Part shown: positions 54,000 through 64,000 of the stretch, piece after piece
Layout: each line of letters starts with the position of its first letter
Numbering within the stretch: the first letter of the stretch is position 1
Source: Dimorphilus gyrociliatus
Lineage: Eukaryota; Animalia; Annelida
Direction: 5' to 3'
Assembly (NCBI GenBank): GCA_904063045.1
Contig: CAJFCJ010000003.1
Coordinates: 310,001 to 374,000 of the forward strand
DNA length: 64,000 nt
Position numbers and translations under genes: made by a program
Notes under the pieces: generated by a model
Database searches by the model: none
What the model saw: only the letters and a program-made list of their open reading frames with translations
What the model was told of the DNA's origin: nothing

Positions 54000-56900
54000 A
54001 TGACATTCAATAGAATAAAAAGACTTTATCACTATCTGGTTATATTGTGGATTACTCTACTCGTTGAACCATCGAAATCTACAAATATTTGTAACGCTAA
54101 CCGTTTATACGAATGCTATTGTTTCAAGTGCAAGTGGCCGAATTGTTGCAATTCTGAAAACTTGGGTGATATTAAAAGGAGATATATTGAATTTTCATTA
54201 AAGACAAATTCCAATCAATTCAATACAGACTTAGAGAGAAAATGGCAATATTCAATAGCAAAATCAATTCAAAATGATTGTAATTGCACAAGAAATTTAG
54301 AGATAGTTAGTGTATTCGTTAATGAGGATTTTTATCGAGTAGTTATATTATCAGATTTTTCTCAACAACAACTTTTAAACTCTTTGAATAAGACAGTATT
54401 CCCTGATTTCTCTCTGGTTATAAAGAATAGCCCGCATCCTCAAAATTCCAAATCAACAACCTCCTCTAAATATGATTTTACAGTTAGAGAATGGCTGGGT
54501 TTTGTATTTTCCGGTATATTTTCAATAATATTTATCATTTCTTACTTCGTATCCTGTACTAAAGCTTGCTTGTAAGTAATTCTTTTATTCAAACTAATAT
54601 TTTAAACCTCTTTCATATTTTCTTGCTAAAAACGTAGCTAGTTGTCATTGATTATTGCGAAAGCAACATAGTTGAATGCGTCTTGTAGAGAGGGCGTTTC
54701 GAGATATGTTATACACTCTACATCATTACATTATATAACCGCATTTATTCAAAGTGTATTACCAGTAGAAATATCTGTTCGATGGCTTATAACAAGTGCA
54801 AACTTAATTGAGCAATTAAAGCTTAATCAACATGGTTGTTTATCTAATACTCTGTTCTCTTTAACGATACCCATCACGTGATCTAAGTTGTACATACTTA
54901 CGATCGTTCAGCTAAAACGTTCATGTGCCAACAAAAATAGAGAATTAATGAATAATTGAATAGGCTATTAGATAAATTCGGAAGGAGTTTCGCTCAGTCT
55001 CTCTCAACGTTTTGTCTCTTTGTTTTATTTTTAAGCGTAAATTTTCTATTGAAAGTATAAAAATGTTTGTTATTACTTTTCAATGATTAAATCATAGCTG
55101 TACATCGTTTTAGCTAAGTAAAAACAATATATTTATAGACTATATTTCTAACTATATCCGAAATGTAGATAGCTTTTTCTTTGTTTTATATTTACTAATT
55201 AACTTTCATCCCTTTTCTACTTGATTAAACTAATTAACAATAAGACCAAAATTGTCATGCAACAGAAAATTTTGATCAAAAAGCCAGATGATAGCGTTCT
55301 CTCTCTCTCTGGCTTCCCTTTTACAAATAGACATAGTAATATACACGGTAGATACATAAACAAGAAAGGGAAACATACATCATAAAATAATTATTCATTT
55401 CATCAATCTCTATCAATAGGAAAAAGATTAATTTAATAAAAAGCATAATTACGTAATATAGATATATACTGTATATATGATATATGTACTATTAGACAGT
55501 CTTGATACTTAACATAACATTGATTGGTCACTACTACGATGGAAACTGAAATAAATACGGCAAAATAATATCCAGTATATTAAAACATTAAAGTCTATAG
55601 CTTGACTTTTTTCTCTAGTTAATTTATTTATTAATAAATATTAGATAAGTAGTATTTTATTTAATAAGCCTATTCTAATAGAAATTATAAGAAATATAGA
55701 ATATTCTGATGGTTAAACTATAGATTATCAGCAGAAATAGAATAAACCCGATTGTATCATTTTTTCTTTCTCTACAAGTTCTTTTAGGTGAGTTAAAGAT
55801 ATGGGTATTGAGATCATTTGTTATTAAACTTGAAATGATAATTACTTAATTAAAGTAAAATACCGTTCATCATTAAATATTTGTCAACTAAATTTCATAT
55901 TCTATTCTACATTAAGGCTAAGAGGATCTTTTATTGAAAAAATAATAAGATTCTATCAGATTTAGACGAAGTAGTAGTTTGTCCTTTATATGCAGGGATA
56001 GACGAAAGACTATTAAAAAATTAACAGTACGATGATATACTAATATTATACGTATCTACTATACACGCCATACCCTGTGTGGTACTCTATACCATCAGGT
56101 AGTTTGGTATAGAAAAATCTATTAAGGAAAGATAAAATTAAAATTGGCAGACTAATTTCTCATTTTGCAGACTGTTTCCCGGTAAACACGAAATTAAACG
56201 TTTTAATAAAATAAATATCAATATTAATATCGTTGCTAACTCATTTGCATAAAAAATCATAAATTAAATAAAAATAAGTGTCTAAAAAAAACACCTTACA
56301 TAAACGGAAGTTGATTTTAATAGTTCATTTATTGAAAATAATAAATATAGAATTAATATAAGAGAAAAAGAAATGAGATTATCGTCCTGGAGTCTTTTAC
56401 ATAATTTATTAATAGTACTATAAAAAGAAGATGTAACGGAATAACTAATTTTAAAGTTGATGATAGACCGTATAATTACAACCGGAAGTGCTTATGCAAT
56501 AAATCTATTTCAGTTGTTTGTGTTGTTTTTACAACATCTGAAACTTATTGATATAGACTGTTTTGTAGACCGTATTTTGTATTAAATCCATATTTATTTA
56601 CGTTAATCGAAAACATGTTTTAGTACAGAAATCTGCCATTTTTTATCCATTCATATAATTGTAGCTGAGAAACAATTAGATATTCCTTTGACGTCTTATC
56701 TTTTTATAGTTTATTAATTATCTTTTATCTTATATAAATATGATACTAATGTATAGCTACAAGTACTTTTCGAACAAATTAACTTTTAATAGATCATATT
56801 CTTTTAGGATAGTTAAACATACTTGTATAGTTTATGTACTATATATCCTTAAATTTAATTAAAATCCTTTCACTTTCATTTAATACGTTCAGAAATCTGC

Positions 56901-57717
56901 AATGTAATGCAGTTTATGAAAATGAAAATAACCCAGCAGTTCTAGATAATCGAATGGTAATATATAAGAGAAAGTCAGGTGGTTTGTAGAAGTATAGAAA
57001 AAAAAGAGCTAACAGAGAAGAAAAAATGCTATAAACGAGTAATTTAAGGCTTCCCTTATATACCTGTAGAGAGGGAATACGTATAGATTCCACTATCAGC
57101 TGAAGAGGAATATTGGTTAATTTGTTGTTTATTAATATGTAATTTGTCCTGTTATTGGTTTACGAAAATGAAAGTGATGACCACGTAAAAAATATTATCG
57201 TGTTACCTCTTTGTTATTTTCGAAATTTTAATTAGTTGATCAATATTCTATTATAATGAATGTTTTCTGTTTCAATAGAGATCGTCATCGTATTAAAAAA
57301 ATCAGATGGGAAAGGAAAGAAGCTAGAGAAAAAGCAAGAGAAATTGTTCGAGCACAACGTAATAAAAAAGAAAATTTAATGATTAATGAAGACAATGATG
57401 CTCAGGTAAAACAAACCAATGAAGGTTTTGTTGTTGAGAAAAAGTTGAATGGTATGGAAAGTGAAATTGTTATTAAATCAGAAAACGAATTAACAAACTC
57501 CAACGGATTTATCGGTAGGAAACCTCTTACTCGTTTTTCATCGTTTGGCTCATCAAAACAGACGAACAATAACAGACAATTAAGTATAACTAAGAATCAT
57601 TCTTTAGATAGTACAATCAAAAGTGAAAACGGGGAAAATTTAACTGGTGCATTTGACAATCATTCATTTGTAAATGATACATCGGATAAGGCCAATTATG
57701 CAGGAGGTTTTGTTTGA
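54000..57717 (+). CDS. Type I single-pass membrane protein, 336 aa (signal peptide, Cys-rich segment, possible SEA-like domain, TM, charged cytoplasmic tail); exons 54000-54571, 57279-57717
   Basis: Hydrophobic N-terminus (YLVILWITLLVEPS), a Cys cluster (CYCFKCKWPNCC), and a TM segment WLGFVFSGIFSIIFIISYFVSC. The phase-2 junction TT|gtaagt ... caatag|A joins the two ORFs; total 1011 nt. Confidence 0.8.
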
Positions 57718-58315
57718 AAAGAAATCTTCAGAAAATTTTGTTAGAAACTTCTTTGTACATTACTTTTTTCATTCCTAGAAAACTTTTATTTTCTCCTTTT
57801 TTATCCTTTTTGAAGAATAAATATTATATTAAAATATTGTTTTTTATTGCTATATTCCTCTTATTTCTTTCTTTATTAATCAATTAATTAATCATTAGCT
57901 GAGTAGATTAGTTAGTAAAAAATAAATTAATTACCTAAATAAATTGTTTTAAATATTAAGTAAGTCACTCTTCAAAGAAATGAATCTATCCTATTATTAT
58001 ACTACTGTATATATGTATATAATCTACTAACACTATTAACAACTATGTAGTGTTCATCTATAGTAGATATTTTTGCCATATTTTAAAAAGATACCAAGTG
58101 TTAACGAACTTACGGTTGACGATACCTCGGCCTAAGTTCATACTTGCACTAATTACACGCCTAAAAACACACCCAGTAATATATCGGCATCAACACAATT
58201 GTTTCGTTTAGGGGTAAAAGAGAGAAAATGATCACTTTCTCCTTTGTATGAAAAAAAGAATAAGTTTCCTGTTAAAAAAAAAATGATATTTGATCGGTAG
58301 ACAGAAAGAGAGTAT

Positions 58316-58381
58316 GAAAGAAAGAAAGAAAGAAAGACAGACAGAAAGACAGACAGACAGACAGACAGAGAGATAGATAGA
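58316..58381. repeat. Compound tetranucleotide microsatellite (AAAG)n(ACAG)n(ATAG)n
   Basis: Read directly. Confidence 0.9.
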
Positions 58382-60366
58382 CAAAATGTAAAAGATGATT
58401 TTATAAATAATCATATACTTTGTTTTTTTTATTTGTTTCTGATTGAAGAGGGAAAAAAATTCATAAATAAAGAACAATAAAAAAGCAATTAGGTCTATTT
58501 TTCTTTTTTATTTGACTTTACTATAAGTGGTAAGAAGATAGATTTATTATAAATATATATACAGTATATAAATTGATATACAGTATTTACATATTAGCAG
58601 CAAGAAGATAAGAAGAATATTATCTATGTAATAGATATTTTATTCCATGAACCATTAGAATGAAATTTATATATACTGAACATGCAACATATATCTATAT
58701 TCGTTTGTGAATACCAATCATAAATATTCCGAATTATGACCTTTAAATAATCTTATTTACTATTATTAGTTATTAAAAGAAATTGATAAATTAGTTCCAA
58801 AGTAATACTTTGTAATATTTCTTATTAAAAATTAATTAAATAAATCTTATACGTCATTTTCACTGAAGTATAAACATATTTAAATAAATGTTTACGGTTG
58901 ATTATACCATTGAAATATTTCTCTTCTTATATCTTATATTTCACAATAGTGCCTTCATCCTATTACGTTATCTATTACTTTGTGCTATGTCGTTGTACTG
59001 AAGACAATTGGGAAACAGTGCATAGAAGAGAATTGCATACTTCCAAATTGTTCTAACATGATCATTTTATAATCTCGCCTCAATTCACTCATTTAGGGTG
59101 TGAATTATAGCCTCATTATCTTCAGAGGGCGTTACTGAATATATTTTCTTTTAGTCATGCATCGCATATTACATTTATTAGAGCAATTTCAAGGTCACAT
59201 TCCAAACTAAAGCCAGAGTAAAATATCTTTCTATCGTTGATACACGTAGATTTACTATTAATGCGTTCTCTAAGGTTTATTTTATGAGTGCTTAAGCGAT
59301 CTTTTCCTGATAGATATTAATAAAGTCTTTTATCTTTCATTATAAAAAAGAGTCTCAATTTATGTTCTAATATTTTTATATCTGTATACTTCAACACGAA
59401 TTTCAGAGTAGATTGGAAGTCTAAGAGATAGAGAGAGGGAGAGAGAGAGAGAGAAAAGTGATGTTTTTAGATATTAGGACAACTGAAGAAAAGAAGAGAA
59501 AACTAATGATTGAAAAGCTCAATCTGTATATGCACTATACAGTATATTCAGTATATATTGAACTATTGTTCAATGAAAGAAATCCGTTGGTATAACACTA
59601 TTCACTAATAATTTATTTAAAACATGTTAACTGAGTGAGAAATTATCGCGCCGTGCATTTAAATAATTTAAATATGTACATTAAAATACTAAGCATAAGT
59701 GTAGGTGAAGAATATATATAATATATATACTGTATACATACAATCCTATACTGATGACTAATATTGTAAATGAATAATAATAATAAAGAGTACGTACTGC
59801 CAAACAAATATACAAGTCTAAACATACGCATGCAAACGTACATTTATGTTTAACATACTATTGATTAGTTTTTAACTAATTAAGGGTTCTTTTTTCTATG
59901 AATATTCAACATATGTAATACTTTTACAAGCTACGAAGCGGAAGAATTGCTTTTATACATCAATTTGCATAGAGAAGAAACTACCTCTCTCCTCTGTGCA
60001 GATAACTAAAAAAAACTCCACATTTCACTTTCTATCTTCCAATTTCTTTGTATTTATCCAGTTATTTCTATATCTCTTTCTATTTATAATAAAATTAACA
60101 TTAAAATAATAATACTCGCAGTTTGAATCAGCCCACTTGATATATTTTATCTGAATATTTGTGCTAAAATTAGACAATGACCTTATTTTATATACTCTTC
60201 CTTCATAGATGATATTCAAACGAGATCCAAATATAGTAAATAGATATAATTTTCATAAAGGTTTTATGAATTATAAGGGGAAATAAATAATAAACACCTG
60301 CAGAGGTAAACGTTTAAAAAGACAATGAGCCTTCTTTCCTCTAACACTTTTCTACTGTTGTAAAAG

Positions 60367-61288
60367 ATGTCGTCTAGAGATGCATATCATACAGAGAAAT
60401 TTGGACCAGCGTTCTTAGATGAATATCGTTCGTCTACGAAAAATACAAATATTTTTAATATTATTCGCACTCTTCATGCGTTATTCGATTGTGTAGAAAG
60501 AGAGAATATTCGTATTGAGCGTCTCTTGGAAATCGGTAGTGGTCCGAGTCCCAGCGGCGTTATTTCAGCTGGTAAACACTGTAAGAATATTACTCTCAGT
60601 GATTATTCTACTGGGAACTTATTACATTTGATGAATTGGCACGAAAGTAAAGTGGACTTACATCCTAATGTTTTAAAAATGTTCCACGATGTTTCAAGAT
60701 TGGAAAATAAATCGGTTCAAGAATTAGACTGTAGAACAAGGAAAAGTGTTCAAAAGATCATTTTTGCTGACTTGTTGTATACAGAGGTATTAATGCTCTT
60801 AACTGAATGAACTTGAATCACCTTTCAGATATTTTATTCTATATCTCTGATTATACTATTTTTCATAAATTATTCATTCCATCTTTTTATCAAATTGCGT
60901 GACCGATCAGAAAACTAAAAATATCATTTTTCTATTGTTCTAATGATATTAAAAATATAATCTTTTTTTTTAGGTCATACCGGAAAATGATGCTAAATTC
61001 GATTTTATATTGGTTAATTTCGCTTTTTTGAACGCTTGTATGAATGTAGAAGACTTGGAAAAGGCAATGAAAAATGTCTATAATAAACTAGTAAAAGGCG
61101 GTTATCTATTCTTACAGGAGAATAATAAACATAGTGAATTGTTGGTGGATGGTAAAGCGTATCATAATTTAATGGTTGATGGTAAGCTAATTGAGGAAGC
61201 TGCTGCTAAAGCCGGATTTACTGTATCGAATATTACAGAGGAACTACGTAATATAAGCGAATGCTTTTGTTTGATTGTTTTAAAATAG
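60367..61288 (+). CDS. SAM-dependent N-methyltransferase, NNMT/PNMT/INMT family, 244 aa; exons 60367-60786, 60974-61288
   Basis: Motif I LLEIGSGPS, then ITLSDYSTGNL, IFADLL, FDFILVNFAFLNAC, LVKGGYLFL. The junction GAG|gtatta ... tttag|GTC is phase 0. A probable 61-bp 5'UTR intron spans 60306-60366. Confidence 0.88.
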
Positions 61289-61455
61289 TAGCTACTCTAG
61301 TTGCATTATCTGTACTCTATATATCTGAAATTTATTCATTACACACTTGAAAATATTCGAAATTTGCCATTCGTCGTTGATACGCCCATCATTCTTATCG
61401 AGTCTTTAAAAGGAGCGAAGTATCATTCATTTCCCTTAGCACAACATACTTAAAA

Positions 61456-62589
61456 ATGCTTCCTCTCCTCTCAAGTATCTATTTTCTTCTTCTGACTTGT
61501 AAGTATTAGAAAAGTAGTTACGATCTCTTGATCGCTCTCTCTCTCTCTCTCTCGACTTTACTTGTTGAATAAAAGATAATTATTCTTCCTTTCTTGTATT
61601 TTCTTTTCTTCTAAGGTAATATTGTTTTCTCTCAACACGTTACTTTAACTTTGGGTAAGGAAAGCAGAAGTTATAAAACGAAATGCGACGATTACAAGTA
61701 TTTTAAAGTAGGAACTAACAATCCGTGTAAAGATCTTAAAGTGTTTGTTAAACAAGAGAAAGGAGAACCCAATTTATATATTTCCAAGGAACCTGAAAAA
61801 TATCCAACAATATCAAAAATGGTCTGGTCTTCATACGAACAAGGTTTCTTGATTTCTAAATTAATCATTCATTTTTAATCTTTTTCTTTCAAATAATCAC
61901 ATTGTTGAACAGGTAACGATACGGTAATTATAAAAAGCTGGGAACCTTCTTATAAACATGGCCAGTATTATATCGGCGTTCACGCCTATTGTGGTTCCGA
62001 TGTACCAACTGGAAATAGGACTGCCGAGTTCACAGTGACCGCTAGCGAACAAGATCACGTAATAGAACCGATGCCTGATTTATGGGTTAAACGTGAAGAC
62101 AATGGAATTATTGATAAAAAAAAATACAAATATCACAGAATGTGTGTTCCTAGCGAATGTTTTGATATTAATGTTACAATATCTCATTGTACAGAAGGAC
62201 GACATTGTACATCTTACGGATATCCCGAATTATTAGTATCAAAAAATAATCCAGAAGTTAAAGTGAAGGATGAAGCTTGGAAACTTGCTGAAGGAAAAAC
62301 AAGAAGTGTTAGACTACGACCAAATGACGTTAATATGGACGCTGGACACTATTACATAGGTATTTATGGTTGGTGTACAGAAGATGAACTTTGCCCACAA
62401 CCACCTAAGCCAAATTGCGGACCATGTAGTAAAGCAGGAAATGTATCGTATACAATAAAAGTAGCCAGATCATCAATATCGAAGAAGAAATGTGAAAAAA
62501 TTCTTAAAGAAAGAAAAAATAGCTCAAATGTAAGCGAAATATCTGCTGTATTCATTTTACTAGGATTAATAGCTAAGATGATTGTATAA
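61456..62589 (+). CDS. Secreted, probably GPI-anchored protein with two PPC-like (pre-peptidase C-terminal type) beta-sandwich repeats, 315 aa; exons 61456-61498, 61616-61843, 61913-62589
   Basis: Signal peptide MLPLLSSIYFLLLTC. Internal repeat GEPNLYISK...GQYYIGVHAYC and GYPELLVSK...GHYYIGIYGWC. Hydrophobic C-terminus (SAVFILLGLIAKMIV) with no cytoplasmic tail. The exons total 948 nt. Confidence 0.82.
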
Positions 62590-62859
62590 CTTTTTATTAT
62601 AAATACAGTATTTTCATATTATTTAAGCTTTGATTCTTATGGGATAAATAGACATAAAATAGGACATTTCTAATTACTAAAAGTATAAAAAAAGAAAGCC
62701 AGGAATAGTCATATTTAAATATTTATGACTTGATGATCAGACAGAGAGAAAGATGAGGCGTAGGTGGCGAGGGAGGATAAGTCAGGAAGGATAATACTGT
62801 GGAAAGTGAAAATACTGATACTGTATTATCTTTATCGATTTTTATTATATGAAACTGTC

Positions 62860-64000
62860 TCAATCATATTCTATTATCATTATTTCCTCTTCGTGTCCAA
62901 TTTCTAGGCGTCTGGCTATCCTATTAAAAGAGAAATATAAGCCAAGTTATAATTTATACTTAATAGATTGAAACAAAAGTTAATGATATACATAAGAATT
63001 GTTATACTTACACTGCTATACCGATAGCTATGAGTACTATTACACCGGCTATTAGAAACGTCAATCCTGGAAATATAAATGCAGTATGGGCAAATATTTG
63101 ATTAAGCACAAGCCCGCCAAGTAATTCTGCACATGTATCTAATATTGAAGCTCCCGAAAATAAGGCTCCTATTAAAATAAAAAATAAATAAATCCATCTT
63201 ACGTAAACTCTATTATCTTATTTCTTATTCTAACCTTGTTGCTTGTTGGTGACTAATATTGATAGATAACCCCTCATTACGGAAAATCCTATGAGACTCC
63301 CACTCCCTATAAAAATACCTGAAAAGATAAGATGAAAAACATTTCATTATCGATTCTTTAATAGGAAATATTAAAAATAATTGTAAAGAAAAACACATAC
63401 TTAAATAGATGACCCAATCATATAATACGAAAGATTGGACAAAATTCGATAAGCAGCAGCTAGTCATTCCAACTATAGCCAATGATATCAAGCTCAATCG
63501 TCTTCCAAGAGTTATTAATAAAATGAGAGCACTTACTGTATAAAGTGCTGAAGAGACTCCCGAAAATACTCCTATTCGAACAGCTTTCCATTTAAGAGGC
63601 GGAGATTGAATTCTAAGTAACAATGGCATTAATTTACCACTAAAGGCAGCAAAGTAGAGAAAGAAAGAAGCTGAGCATATTCGAAGGATTTTCCCCCGCA
63701 AACCACTTTGAAAGAAGACATCGTAGACGGTACGAAAATGTTCTTTTCTAAAGAAAGACTTTGCTTTTGTTACATCGGGTGAAACGACAAGAGATTCAGG
63801 TATAATAAATGTGTAGATGAGAGAGAAGGTATAAATTGCTAACATTCCAAAACAAGGCTGCAGGAATCCCGTTTTATCAATCCAAACACCGACTAGAATA
63901 GAATACATTGATGACACAAGAATCATTATCACTTCGGCAACAACAATCCTGGGAATGCGCTCTTCTAATGGAACTCTATCAGCAATGTAGGAAAATGATC
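62860..64000 (-). CDS. MFS transporter, SLC46A/PCFT-like, 5'-partial; exons 63401-64000(+), 63235-63318, 63012-63168, 62860-62920
   Basis: FSYIADRVPLEERIPRIVVAE, multiple TM helices, MRGYLSILVTNKQQGALFSG, and FPGLTFLIAG. The splice phases are consistent. Confidence 0.85.

Noticed and set aside
58940-60220. GC-richer patches and a 64-aa minus-strand ORF upstream of the methyltransferase
   Set aside because: Candidate exon joins needed implausibly short (36-bp) introns and gave no recognisable protein.
6664-60366. Splice acceptors immediately upstream of several ATGs (6665, 13166, 48142, 52386, 60366) as evidence of general SL trans-splicing
   Set aside because: Matching cis donors are visible for at least two (60306 and 52606), so ordinary 5'UTR introns suffice.

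Overview
AT-rich eukaryotic genomic DNA (roughly 28-30% GC by eye) with spliceosomal GT-AG introns and many microsatellites. I assembled about 12 protein-coding genes by hand, roughly one per 5 kb. In order: (1) DEG/ENaC ASIC-like channel (minus strand, 3' end outside the window) with a very large insert after the thumb domain; (2) a short protein carrying only the CEP350/TRM-type C-terminal module, with two candidate first exons; (3) a 9-exon non-alpha Cys-loop acetylcholine receptor subunit with an atypical pore; (4) a 1137-aa protein with a beta-helix (Pmp-type FxxN/GGAI repeats), a Cys-rich region and multiple TM helices; (5) a LEV-9-like WAP + 8 sushi protein; (6) a compact BMAL/CYCLE-like bHLH-PAS factor; (7) an RGS protein; (8) an uncharacterised small gene whose best splice model contains an in-frame UGA; (9) an orphan type I membrane protein; (10) an NNMT/PNMT/INMT-family methyltransferase; (11) a probably GPI-anchored protein with two PPC-like domains; (12) an SLC46A/PCFT-like MFS transporter (5' end outside the window). 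The gene families, gene density and many 55-120 bp introns suggest a compact lophotrochozoan genome, possibly a miniature annelid such as Dimorphilus gyrociliatus; this is inference and not verified. I recognised no tRNA, rRNA, CRISPR array or intact transposon. All exon models come from reading-frame and splice-phase consistency only; no database searches were run.
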